DNA from: Podarcis muralis
Lineage: Eukaryota
Reading direction: 5' to 3'
Length of the DNA: 64,000 nt
Assembly: GCF_964188315.1 (NCBI RefSeq)
Contig: NC_135656.1
Location: 3,472,001 to 3,536,000 of the forward strand
The position numbers and the translations under genes are program-made. Positions 50,288 to 62,069 of this stretch are shown here, one piece after another. The notes under the pieces were generated by a model. That model was not told the origin of the DNA and searched no databases. It worked only from the letters and a program-made list of their open reading frames with translations. Numbering within the stretch: position 1 is the first letter of the stretch; each line of letters opens with the position of its first letter.

Positions 50288-51394
50288 TTAGTCTTTACAG
50301 TTGAAGGGAATCACATGTATAATCGTATGTTTGGGGACATCAGGTGGGCTTTGATGTCCTTCAGGTGACCTTTGGGGTGTATGGCTTTCCTCCATCTCCA
50401 CTGCGCAGGATTCCTCTGGAATGACAAGATCACTTGCACAGCTTTCCTCCATCTCCACTGCGCAGGATTCCTCTGGAATGACAAGATCACTTGCACAGCT
50501 TTCCTCCATCTCAACTGCGCAGGATTCCTCTGGAATGACAAGATCTTCCGCATGGGTCTTCTCCATCTCCACTGCGGAGGATTTCTCTTGAATTACCAGG
50601 TCCAGCAGAGAACCACACTTCGAACAAGTAGTAAGACTCTCGCTTTTCACCCCACTTCCTGGGGTAATCACCACCACAGTTTCTATTTGAGATGTATCTG
50701 TTGCGGTGGTCCTGATGCAACATCTCTCCATCCCAACCAATGCGGCACTCAGCAGCTGGAAACCCGCAGCGATATAGCCTAGATAAATAGAAGGTCCAAT
50801 ATGCTGCTCGCTGGGAATTTGAGGCAATTCAAAAGCTTCTGGGAAGACAATTTCCCCATTTTGTAAGACAGCAGACATGTTCCATATCACAGAAATCAGG
50901 ACGAGTATCCCTGCAGGTAAGTTCAGCAGAGCTCCAAGGCTAAAAAAGGTTAACACAAAATCCTTATGTTTTCTGGGCTTGAACACGTTGTACAAAGCAA
51001 ATGAAATTAATCCGAGGGCCGCTGAATTCATGATGGAAGCTAATGCCATTAAATCTTGGGCAATAAAAATTTCCCTTGGGAGGGTTGGATGTTGCTCATT
51101 GAGGTCTTCGCAATGCCAAAAAGCGTTGCCGTCGTTAGAAGGGTCTTTCCAAAAACAGACCTGCCAGATTCCAATCCAGATGTTCCCAGAGCCGACTCCC
51201 TTGATGTTTTCCACACGCCACACTCTCCAGTTGGCAATGTCTATTGAGGCAATGCACATCATCCAGGCCAAAATATCCATCAGGAATGCACACAACTGGA
51301 GACCGGAAACTACACTCAGCCATTTGACCACCAGGTCTTTCACCCGCAGGGGGGGTTTGGAGAGGCGGGGAGCAGGGGAGACCTTGGCAGACAT
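50288..51394 (-). CDS. CLDN34: Claudin-34-like protein, copy 6
   Basis: Intact ORF; shares A>D and I>V with copy 4. Confidence 0.85.
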   Translation of the reverse strand: MSAKVSPAPRLSKPPLRVKDLVVKWLSVVSGLQLCAFLMDILAWMMCIASIDIANWRVWRVENIKGVGSGNIWIGIWQVCFWKDPSNDGNAFWHCEDLNEQHPTLPREIFIAQDLMALASIMNSAALGLISFALYNVFKPRKHKDFVLTFFSLGALLNLPAGILVLISVIWNMSAVLQNGEIVFPEAFELPQIPSEQHIGPSIYLGYIAAGFQLLSAALVGMERCCIRTTATDTSQIETVVVITPGSGVKSESLTTCSKCGSLLDLVIQEKSSAVEMEKTHAEDLVIPEESCAVEMEESCASDLVIPEESCAVEMEESCASDLVIPEESCAVEMEESHTPQRSPEGHQSPPDVPKHTIIHVIPFNCKD

Positions 51395-52564
51395 CCTGGA
51401 AACAAAAGAGAAGACAAGATGCAGTGAGAGAGGGAATAACAAGCATGTCTAGTCATTGAAGGACATCCTCCCTCCTGCATTCTTCCTTCTATGCACAGAA
51501 AGAAGCAGCAAAAGAAACGAGTTCCCGTGCTCTCTCCCACCCCCTGGTGAGGTATAGACATCTGATCCAGAGAAGCCTACACTCATCGTTTCTTCCAGCA
51601 CACTGCTACTGATTTAATCTACTGTTGCATTGTTCCTGGGGAAATGGCCAGAACCTCAGCAACCTGTTGTGGATGGGATGCTGCTCATGATTCACTGCTC
51701 TGCTATCTGCTACTGCAGCTATCCTTTTCCACTGAGCCTAAACACACCTGATGGCATAGTGAGGAATGTTTAATCCATAAACTTACGTGAAATGCCTTCC
51801 TCAGCTAGAGTCTAGTGTGCCAGGAACAGAGCAGGTCTTTGCTAGGTGCTCCTGAGCCTCAAGAAGACGGAGCTGTTGACCACTGAGCTGACGTTCGCCT
51901 GAGCAGCCAGCCAGCCACAGCAGCAACTGCTCTGCAGAATTCTTAGGTCAGTTACAGGCCAGTTAGAATCCTGACAACAACACAAATCATAACTCCAGGG
52001 TACTGGTCATTTGGAACATCAGGAAAGTGGGAAATGGGAGGGAACTCACTTCCCTTCTTTCCCAATGCAGAGTGTCTATTCCAGGACACTGTGCAGTTAA
52101 AACACGTTCTTCCTGAAGTCAGAATCAGAGCAGTTCCAGCAGTAAAACTGGTGATACAGTATGTGTATCTCAGTACAGATTTGTTTGATGGGCCTGAATG
52201 CATTTCATAAAGGATCTCCATGTACAAGAAAGGCTAATAGCATGAGAATTTCCTTGGCAAAATTATTGAAGACTCCTTACAAACCTATCCTTCTTCTTCC
52301 CCATCCCATCTTGTTTGGACGTTATAGTAAGGGAGAAGATCTTAGCTCTTTTCCTTTGCACTGGGACCACATGGAGTTTGTGCCATGGGACCCCATCACT
52401 CACAATAATCCAGGCAATACCATTTTCAGAACCTAGGTGTCCATGATTTAAAATCGCTTTCCTAAGACACTTCCGTCAAAATATTTGTGTTGCTTTCTTT
52501 CTGTTCCTTTCTGTGTTGATGCTCCGAATGTGAGCTGCTCAGCTGCATGCAGTTTCCACTGAAC

Positions 52565-52615
<51 letters not shown>

Positions 52616-52905
52616 TTAACATTCGGCCAAGCAATGGGCCTAAATCCATGTATTTCACCTGAAATAACTTTGGGAGCCAGCCTTTAAAAATCTAAAGTGA
52701 TATCAAATTCGGAGGAATTAAAAGCTGTCATCTTCTTGACTATTTTAAATATCTTAGAACATAGGTAAAGGTAAAGGGACCCCTGACCATTAGGTCTAGT
52801 TGTGCAGCAAATGGAGCATTAGAGTCATCCATTCATTTCAGGAGGTGTGACCATTGATAAGATGAAGCACTTTCACATCCACGTGGCAATGTGCAGTGCT
52901 TTTAA

Positions 52906-53190
52906 AAAGGTAAAGGACCCCCGACAGTTAAGTCCAGTCGCAAACGACTCTGGGGTTGCACCACTCATCTGGCTTTACTGGCCGAGGGAGCCGACGCTGG
53001 TCCACAGAAAACTTTTCTGGGTCATGTGGCCAGCATGACTAAGCCGCTTCTGGCAAAACCACAGCAGCGCACAGAAACACCATTTACCGTCCCTCCGGAG
53101 CGGTACCTATTTATCTACTTGCACTTTGACGTGGTTTGGAACTGCTAGGTTGGCAGGAGCAGGGACCGAGCAACGGGAGCTCACCCCGTC
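52906..53190 (-). mobile_element. Sauria SINE, unit 6
   Basis: Paralogous to 12011-12295. Confidence 0.8.
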
Positions 53191-54257
53191 AAATACGCAA
53201 GTCCAGTTCTGTAGCTGCATGACATCCTCCACGCCCAAATGCTCTCCCGTTCTGTTTCCCCCACTTAATCAGGATACACCATCTCCATTGAAACCTCTGC
53301 TCAGTGACACCCATCCAAGAGAAAAGTGCTGACCGTCTTCACGCAGATACAGTTCCGCGCAGGGGTTTGGCCGACAAGTTCTTCCTGAGTGTGGGGATGT
53401 TTTCAGGGGCTCTTTGCTTTTCCCTGCCTCCCCTTTCATCCTCACCTGAGGAGATCTTGGCCATTCTCTTGACAGGGACCTCCGTTCTCAGGCTGGATTT
53501 CTGTTTTCCTTCATCCCTCCTTCTCCCGGTCTGGTTCAATGAGCAAATAAGAGAGAGGAGGTCTCATGCAAGTCAAGGTGTGCAATGGATCTTCAGGGCA
53601 TTTGGAAGGAAGAAAAGGTTCAGGAACAAGCGACACAGCAGCCCCCCAAGCGTAGAAACACATTTGAACATATCGCTCATGAGATTCGCCCCCCCCCCTT
53701 AGGATATAAATGCAGAACATCCTGCGCTCCTATTAAAATACAAAGTGGGGTATTTCATATGATAAGCACAGAGGAAGCTGCCTTATACGGAGCCAGACCA
53801 ATTTTGAGAAAGTGCTACATGGGCCACTCCACCAATTGGCTACCAATGAGAACATAGCAAAACACAAAATGGCTGCCATATGGTGTGGTATGAAATAAAT
53901 TTGCCTGGCTGTGGGGCGTGAAGGCCGCACCCTGCAAGACCCTTCCCACGTGGCTTAGGCCCAGACTTGCTAGCCCCACAAAAGAGGCTCCTCATGAGGC
54001 CAGAGGAACATGGCCTGGCTGTGGGGCATGATTCGAAACCTCCAGTCCCAGTCCAGTGCTCTAACCACTAAACCACACTGCCCCCCATTGCAGTCTATAA
54101 TAGCCTGGAGGGCCACAGATGCCCCATATTCTCTGGCTCTGAGATTGCCCAAAGTTTCCTTTCTCTCCCTGGTTGTGCACAAAGAAAAATGCCCATGACA
54201 AAATGTGACCTTTTTGGTTCTTTGGAGACAGTTCTGCTTCCCTCTCCCTCTCTCTCC

Positions 54258-54301
<44 letters not shown>

Positions 54302-55423
54302 ATTTAAAGGAGCCTCATCCCTTTTCCCACCCAACTTCCTCCTGCACACAGCTTCAAAATTTCCATGAAGAACTAACTAAATAACCAACCCATAATTGGA
54401 ATTTATGAGATTAAGGAGATAAATTATTTTTATATAATGAAAATAGATGGGAGGATAAGTTAATTGCGCAAGGCGAGAATATATAGGATGGCAAAAAATT
54501 AAAACAAATATTATGATTTGGTTTCTTAAAATAACACCAACACATGCCTCCTCAGTGGATTTCAGAACAAATGTCTGTCTCTTTTTTTAAATTACGCAAA
54601 CACTGTAATGCAAGGAGTTGTAGTAGTGACAATGCAGTGAGATTCTACTCAGAGAAAGCCTATTGGAATGAATGGGTTTGAATTAGTTGTGTCCTTTAGT
54701 TTTTGCTTTTTATCTGGATAATACCTAATTAGGGGTAGGGATTGCTTTGCTTTCTTTCTGTTCTTGTTTTTATTAAGTATTTTGTTGGGTTGTTTTTGTC
54801 GTTGTTGAAATTCCACAAATTGCACATCAGGATTCGTTACATAGTAAGTCCCCCCCCCCTTTTCTATTATCTGCTTCCCATCCCACTTCCTAGGATGTTT
54901 TTTTCTTTTCCACCCTTAGCTGCAACTTATCTTCCCTCTTTTATATCAGAACTCTAATGCTCTATTAGAATTAAAAGAGGGGGAAACCCAGCCGGATGGG
55001 CGGGGTCTAACTAAACTATTATTGTTGTCTTATTTATTTATTTGTGTTTTTATCTTGTATAAAAAATAAAAAACCCCAAAACCCAAAGTTGAAGCAAGAA
55101 GGCATCTTCAAATGTTAAATAAACGCAAGCAGTGAATTGCCAGGACTTGGAAGCCCCCTGGTGATGAATTCACTCTTTCCACCCACCCACCCACCCCCCT
55201 TTCAAAAATGTGCATGGAATGAAAGAGCTGGCATTCAATTCTATTCTTTTAAAAGCATATTTTCTGTTATCATTGGGTCCATTCGGACAAATATTGGGTC
55301 CTTTCTCTCACTTTTGACCCTTCTTGATTCCCTCATTTCTGGGGGTTGGACTAGATGACCCATGGGGTCCCTTCCAACTCTTCGGTTCTACGATTCTCTC
55401 GCCTACAATTCCGACACCCGCTT

Positions 55424-56078
55424 TATAGGGAGATGGGAAAAGAAATCTGCACCTATGCTCTCTACCTTGTGCCTGGGAAGGATCTTCTATATTCTCTCTA
55501 CCTTGGAAGTAAATTTCTGAGCTAATTTTACTCCTGCAAAAGAGGGCCCCTCGCTTGCTCTTATTTTAGGAATGCGAGGTCAGCTAGCCGCTAGCAAGAG
55601 ATAGCCAGACCTGCAAAATAGCCAGACCTGCAAAAGAGGCCCCTAGGAATGTAAGATAAGAAACACACAAAGAAGTTTCTCTCAATGTACTCTGTAAAAC
55701 TGTAAGCCAGAAATAACCAGACCTGTAAGCCAGAGGCCTCTCGCTTTCTATTTTAGGAATACAAGATAGCACAGGAGACAATGCAGGGCGCTTAGGTAAA
55801 ATAAGGAGGGGGCTGCTTAGAGGGCTAGCAAAATAGACTTATTGTTTTATATGTTGGCAGTCTGGAGGGAGGGAGTTTCCTCAAGGTATAAGAAACTCTG
55901 CAGAGGCGTATTTCTGGGCAGCCAGTCTCAGACGTGATTCTGCTGGCTGTCTCTCTGTGCACAAAGAATAAACTGCTTTCCTCCAAAGAAGAATCTTTCC
56001 TGGTGCTTACTTTTGCTCTCTCTCTGGATCTGGGGACGCGGGCTAACATTCCCTGGCATGGACTAGGCTCAGCCTACA
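55424..56078 (+). mobile_element. ERV 5' LTR
   Basis: TATAGG...CCTACA, TATA box near 55887, AATAAA at 55967-55972. Confidence 0.95.
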
Positions 56079-56081
56079 TCT

Positions 56082-56099
56082 TGGTTCCCTGACCGGGAA
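56082..56099 (+). promoter_or_regulatory. Primer-binding site complementary to the tRNA-Glu 3' end
   Basis: tggttccctgaccgggaa, 3 nt after the 5' LTR. Confidence 0.88.
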
Positions 56100-56407
56100 T
56101 CTGCCCCACCTCAGAGGGCTGGGGAGAGCCAGGCTCGACCTCGGTGGACAGCTCGGATCGGCGATTGCAGGCTCCACGCGCACCCTGCCAATTTGTGGGG
56201 GGAGCCAGCCACACCGCTCCGGAGCAAGGACCCAGGTCGAGGGAGGAAAGAGGACGGCGCCGAGGGGAAGGGAATCCGCAGCGGAAAAGGTAAGCCCGAC
56301 GGAAAGGGCAGCCCGACGGAAAGGGCGAGGCCTGATCAGCCTCACCTGGTTATGCAGTAGAGTGCAGCCAGGAAGGGAAAAAAAGGGCGTGGCAGAGGTA
56401 TGCCACC

Positions 56408-56710
56408 AATAATAAAGGGGATTGGTTGCGCAGTAGAGTGCCAGCCACCAGGAATAATAAAGGGGATTGGTTGCGCAGTAGAGTGCCAGCCACCAGGAAT
56501 AATAAAGGGGACTGGTTGTGCAGGAGAGTGCCACCAGCAAAAATTTGGAACAGAAGAAGGAGGGAAAATTATTTTGGTGTGTTTTGTGTATTGCATGCTG
56601 AGGTTATTTTGGTGTGTTTTGTGTATTGCATGCTGAGGTTATTTTGGTGTGTTTTGTGTATTGCATGCTGAGGTTATTTTGGTGTGTTTTGTGTATTGCA
56701 TGCTGAGGTT
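56408..56710. repeat. ERV leader tandem repeats: 45 bp x3 (56408-56535) and 35 bp x4 (56571-56710)
   Basis: aataataaaggggattggttgcgcagtagagtgccagccaccagg and attttggtgtgttttgtgtattgcatgctgaggtt. Confidence 0.92.
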
Positions 56711-56943
56711 ATTTTGGTGTGTTTAGTGTGTTACATGTTGAAATTATATTGATGTGATTTGTATGTTGTATGTTGCTATGTTGCATGTCAGATACTCCAG
56801 TGACTGAATTGTTGTTAAGTGTGAAGGTTGGGGCTTAGCGTTCCCCTTGGGTGATTGCAGGGTTGTGCATTTTCTGGCAGGTCTGTTGTGTGTGAAGTGT
56901 GAGAGAATTTTTATTGTGAATGGGAGCAGAGTATCTGGAAGAA

Positions 56944-58180
56944 ATGGGTTCTGGCCAAAGTAAAAGTACCCCTTTGAAATGCTTTTGGAGATCCAAGCTG
57001 ATGAGAGGGGAGGATGAGGATATTGTGTAAATTAGATTGGCCCACCCCAAAATAACAAATTGGCCGTCCACCGGGACCCTTGATTTGTAACTCATTAATC
57101 CATTATATCAGAACATTTTGAATGTCCGTTCTGATTAAATCCCCTACATTTCCACATGGAAGACCAATGTGGAAAAGAACCCCCCCCCCCCTGGCTGAAA
57201 TCATGCTGCCAAAAAGTCTCAGGCAGCCGTATCTGCTCAGTCAGGAAGACAGGAGGACAACCCCCAGTCCTCCAGGATTCAGAGAGGGAAGAAGATAATA
57301 GTTTTGATGCCCCCACCGCCTCATGCCCCGGCAACAGCCCTGGCACCACCCACGCCACAGGGAGCAGATGGCCCAGTCCCAATCCCGTGGACAATGCATT
57401 GTTAAACCTGGGCGAAGATGGAGAAAGGGAGGAACAAGAAGAGGATGATGAGGATGAGGCATTTGTAGGAAGATTGATTAAGTTGACAAGTGATGAAAAG
57501 ATATGAACAGAGGAACAGGCAGAATGTTTGACAAAGTATGTGGAACTTTATGAGAAGTGGACGTCAGTCCCCATATGTTAAAAACAGCGGGATGTATAGG
57601 GGAACAGAGAAGAAAGTGGCAGAAGGAGTGGGGAAGGCAGTGAAAAGAGTGACCCGCCATAGGGCACATAAAGCACAGGAGAAGGGCGCGGCCAGAGTGA
57701 TGCCTCTCCATAGAGTGTATGACCCTCCGGCCCCCGCGGGACCTGATGGGGTGGTGCCCAATAGAACTCATACAGTTCAACATGTCCCCTTCTCTAGTGC
57801 AGATGTTTGTAATTGGAAGAACCAAAACCCTTCATTTGAAGAAAACCCTGCCAAAATCATTAAGCTGTTTGAGGATGTGTAATATTTGATGGATGCCCTG
57901 CTAGCTACAGAGGAGGATAGGCGAATTCATGCTGAAGCCCGAGCACACATGAGAGCGCAGGGGGCAGGAGATCAAGCTGTTGCAGCAGGATATCCTGAAA
58001 ATACACTGAATTGGGATTATCAGATCATTGAAGGGCAAAATAGCCCAAACCACTTATAATCAGAGGAAAAAGAGACCCAGAAAAAAAAAAAGAGGGAGAA
58101 GTACCAGGCAGAGAAGTTGATGGCCCTGAAGACGGGAGGTCCACCGTTAGGAGAAGAAGAGGAGGGCGAGGCCGCTTAGG
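56944..58180 (+). pseudogene. gag: Degenerate gag (MA to CA)
   Basis: MGSGQSKSTPLKC start, WPSTGTLDL (MA) and [19 protein letters not shown] (CA), with stops and frameshifts. Confidence 0.85.
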
Positions 58181-60250
58181 AAAGAGCAACAGCATGCCTT
58201 CAAGGATTTGAAAAAGGCATTGCAGCAAGCACCAGCGCTGGGCATCCCAAATCCTGAGAAGCCTTTCTCCCTGTTTGTGGATGAAGACCAGGGAACAGCA
58301 AAGGGAGTGCTATGCCAAAAATTGGGAAGCTGGCAGCAGCCCGTGGCATATCTATCTGAGCGCCTGACGCCTACAGAACAAGGTTTACCGCCATGCATGA
58401 GAGCAGTAGTGGCAGTAGCCACCCTACTGCACAAAGCAGACAAATTTACTTTTGGCCAAGACACTGTTTGTGTGACCCCGCATGCAGTCCCAGCTCTGCT
58501 TGACATGAAGGGTACCTATTTCCTCTCCCAAGCAAAAATGAGAAAGTGCCAGATGCTATTGTTGCACCCGCGTTTGAAGTTCCAGGTTACCACCGCCCTG
58601 TTGCCGGTAGGAGAAGGTGAGGAGCAGATGCACGATTGCATTGAAGTGATGGATGAAGTATATTCCAGCAGACCTGACCTAAAAGATGAGGCAAACCCCC
58701 ACTGGCCTTCATGGTTTGTAGATGGAAGCAGCTTTGTTGAGACTGGACAGCGGAAAGCAGGCTATGCAGTGGTAGCCCTAGAAGACCAGGTGATCGAAGC
58801 AAAGAGACTCCCACCTGGAACATCGGCCCAGCTGGCAGAGTTAACTGCGCTTACCAGAGCCCTGAGCCTGGCAAAGGGACAGAAGATAAACATTTATACA
58901 GATTCTAAGTATGCATTCCTGACTTTACATGCCCATGGAGCCTTATGGAAAGAAAGAGGTTTGCTTACCTCCAGAGGGAGCCAGGTGGCCCACCCTCAAG
59001 CCTTATTGAACCTTCTGGATGCTGTATGGGAGCCTGAGGCAGTGGCAGTTATCCATTGTTATGGACACAAGACTGGACCAGGGGAAGTGGCCAGAGGAAA
59101 CCGATTGGCAGACAGAGTAGCCAAGGAAGCAGCCCAAGAACTGGCCCCCGCCTCGGTTATTGGAGCACTGGTCCCAGAAGAGATTTTAAGCACTACTGAC
59201 AAGCCAGCTTATACGAAGCAGGAAAGGGACACTGCAGACACTCAGGGGTTGACGTTGTCCAATGAAGGATGGTACCTTACCCCTGATGACAGGATATGGA
59301 TTCCAGAGTCCCTTTCTCGGCAGGTTACTCAGAGATACCATGATTCAACCCACATAGGACCAGATGCTACAACCAAGCAGCTGGAAAAATGCTTCTATAT
59401 AGCCCACCTTTACCAACTGGCAGCCCAGATCTCCAGGAAATGCCTGCTGTGTCAAAAAAAATAATAATCCCAGAGCCGGACCACTGGCTCCCCCAGGGAT
59501 TCAGCACAGTGGAACTGCACCTATGGAAGATCTTGTCGTGGACTTTACTGAATTACCCCGTTGTGGACTGCACCGCTACCTGCTGGTGGCAGTGTGCACC
59601 TACACCGGATGGGCCGAAGCATGGCCCACAAAGACTGAAAAGGCATTTGAAGTAACCAGGTGCCTGCTTAGGGAAATCATCCCTCGCTATGGACTGCCAA
59701 GGTCCATAGGATCTGACAATGGACCAGCATTTGTTCATGCAGTCCTACAGGGACTGGCAAAAGCGCTCCAGATCAACTGGAAGCTGCATATTGCTTATAG
59801 ACCCCAGAGTTCTGGAAAAGTAGAGAGAATGAACAGAACTCTAAAGAATCAGCTGTCCAAGCTGACACAGGAGACCGGGTCAAATTGGGTGACCATGTTG
59901 CCCTTGGCGTTATTCAGGGTCCGCAGTCTCCCGTCAAAACGGACCCATCTGTCACCCTTTGAAATTGTATTTAGGAGACCGGTCCCATATGTCAGAATAT
60001 GCAATTGAATAATTAAGTCCAGATATTTTTCCGAGTTTTCTTTTGTCTCGACAGGTGGACCCAGGCTCGCAACCCCTGTGTGTTGGCTGCATCAGTTCGA
60101 GCCAGGTGACGAAGCGTAGGTGAAAGACTGGCAGCAAGCCCCCCTACAGCCTTGCTGGAGGGGACCATACACTGTGCTACTTTCTACACCTACTGCTGTG
60201 AAGGTTGCTGGCATCACCCCGTGGGTCCACCCTACTCAGTAAAGAAAGCC
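58181..60250 (+). pseudogene. pol: pol remnant: RT connection, RNase H and integrase; protease and RT core deleted
   Basis: RNase H FVDGSS, AELTAL, YTDSKY, NRLAD; IN HHCC, VVDF, SDNG, GKVERMN; frameshift in the A-run at ~59455; GPY-type CTD with a stop. Confidence 0.93.
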
Positions 60251-60381
60251 ATTTCAAACTGGACAGTTACACCAGATCCTGAGAACTCCCTTCGGCTGAC
60301 CATCTCCAGGCGCCCGGTAGACGACCGCCCTGCTGGTGTCACTCCGGAGGCTGATACCTCTACGCACGGCTGAAAAATTGG

Positions 60382-60735
60382 ATGGGAGGGGCGCCCGCGG
60401 GCAGCGTCCCCAACGTAGAAACTTGCTCTCCAGCAAATTCAGAGGCACCAATGGGACTTTTGGTATTGGATCCAGAACCCCTTGATATAGTCACCCCAAG
60501 TGTCAGGCCATTGCAGGGGTGGACATATTCCTGTGGGTGCATGCTGATATATGAAGAGGGAAGAGCCCCTTTTGGGTATAATATCTTGAAGAGACAACAC
60601 GAGAGCCCAGTCCACCCACAAGGGATTGTAGGGAAATTGCTCCATATAGTAGGTGCCTCAGCAGAAAGGTGGAAAGTTACCCCTGAGGCCCAGGAAATAG
60701 TTGAATACGAGTATCAGTGGGCCCTTCAGCTGTAA
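60382..60735 (+). CDS. Hypothetical 117-aa ERV accessory ORF
   Basis: Intact ORF between pol and env; its ATG is the first after a candidate splice acceptor at 60053-60054. No homolog recognised. Confidence 0.4.
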   Translation: MGGAPAGSVPNVETCSPANSEAPMGLLVLDPEPLDIVTPSVRPLQGWTYSCGCMLIYEEGRAPFGYNILKRQHESPVHPQGIVGKLLHIVGASAERWKVTPEAQEIVEYEYQWALQL

Positions 60736-60748
60736 AAGAAAACTAGAA

Positions 60749-61386
60749 ATGACCGCCGAGTATTGGTGGGAGGAACCATGGAGATATTGGGTTTGGTGGG
60801 TAGGAGTGATATGTACCGCTCTTGTCATATGTATGCTCTTGTATTTCTGTTGGCATGAACGGTATCGTATTTGTGGGAAGAAACGTAATCCATCTATACC
60901 TTTGATGATTCTCCTTTTCTTTTTAGTTGGAGAACCCACATGTGTATTGGCACAGGCAGGAAAAAGTCCCCTGACCTCCCTTGCCGACATTTCCCGTTTG
61001 ATGATTGAGTGGGGTGCCCATAACTCCTACAATAGGTGGTTACAAATGGCTGAAATGGAGCATGTTGTTTCAACATTTCAGACCATGGCGAGGCTATCCG
61101 TGATCTGGCAGCAAGCATTGAAAAGGTGGCACATGTCCCTGTACAAACTTGGGAGGGCTGGGATATGTCTTGGTTGGATAGCATCTTCCCAGGTGGATGG
61201 ATGGGAAGGATATTTACTATGGTGATGGGCCCAATAATGCTTTTATTGCTTCTTTGCTTTTGTATACCCTGCTTAATGCAATGCTTGCAAAATATGATGG
61301 AGAAGATAATGTCTCGCATGATGGGACCTCGCGTGATTGCTTTCATGAGAGATTATAGACCCCTACCCCAGAACGAATCTAAGTAA
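60749..61386 (+). pseudogene. env: Internally deleted env (leader region plus TM C-terminus in a different frame)
   Basis: Two hydrophobic segments from MTAEY; in another frame CCFNISDHG..KVAHVPVQTWEGW, a membrane anchor and a tail ending at 61386. Confidence 0.75.
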
Positions 61387-61397
61387 TAGATTGTTCC

Positions 61398-61414
61398 AAA
61401 AGAAGAGGAGGGAG
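61398..61414 (+). promoter_or_regulatory. Polypurine tract
   Basis: aaaagaagaggagggag abutting the 3' LTR. Confidence 0.88.
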
Positions 61415-62069
61415 TATAGGGAGATGGGAAAAGAAATCTGCACCTATGCTCTCTACCTTGTGCCTGGGAAGGATCTTCTATATTCTCTCTACCTTGGAAG
61501 TAAATTTCTGAGCTAATTTTACTCCTGCAAAAGAGGGCCCCTCGCTTGCTCTTATTTTAGGAATGCGAGGTCAGCTAGCCGCTAGCAAGAGATAGCCAGA
61601 CCTGCAAAATAGCCAGACCTGCAAAAGAGGCCCCTAGGAATGTAAGATAAGAAACACACAAAGAAGTTTCTCTCAATGTACTCTGTAAAACTGTAAGCCA
61701 GAAATAACCAGACCTGTAAGCCAGAGGCCTCTCGCTTTCTATTTTAGGAATACAAGATAGCACAGGAGACAATGCAGGGCGCTTAGGTAAAATAAGGAGG
61801 GGGCTGCTTAGAGGGCTAGCAAAATAGACTTATTGTTTTATATGTTGGCAGTCTGGAGGGAGGGAGTTTCCTCAAGGTATAAGAAACTCTGCAGAGGCGT
61901 ATTTCTGGGCAGCCAGTCTCAGACGTGATTCTGCTGGCTGTCTCTCTGTGCACAAAGAATAAACTGCTTTCCTCCAAAGAAGAATCTTTCCTGGTGCTTA
62001 CTTTTGCTCTCTCTCTGGATCTGGGGACGCGGGCTAACATTCCCTGGCATGGACTAGGCTCAGCCTACA
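61415..62069 (+). mobile_element. ERV 3' LTR
   Basis: 655 bp; no difference from the 5' LTR found by eye. Confidence 0.95.

Larger units (their letters stand above)
55424..62069 (+). mobile_element. Class I (gamma/epsilon-like) endogenous retrovirus, 6646 bp, internally deleted
   Basis: Two 655-bp LTRs, PBS, PPT, gag/pol/env remnants, 4-bp TSD gctt at 55420-55423 and 62070-62073. Empty site cccgcttcagg at ~25267. Confidence 0.96.

Noticed and set aside
9405-51394. Positive selection among claudin copies
   Set aside because: A hand count for copy 1 vs 3 gave about 7 nonsynonymous to 3 synonymous changes, close to neutral expectation and too few to test.
56408-56710. CRISPR-like array
   Set aside because: Head-to-tail repeats with no unique spacers, inside a vertebrate ERV leader.
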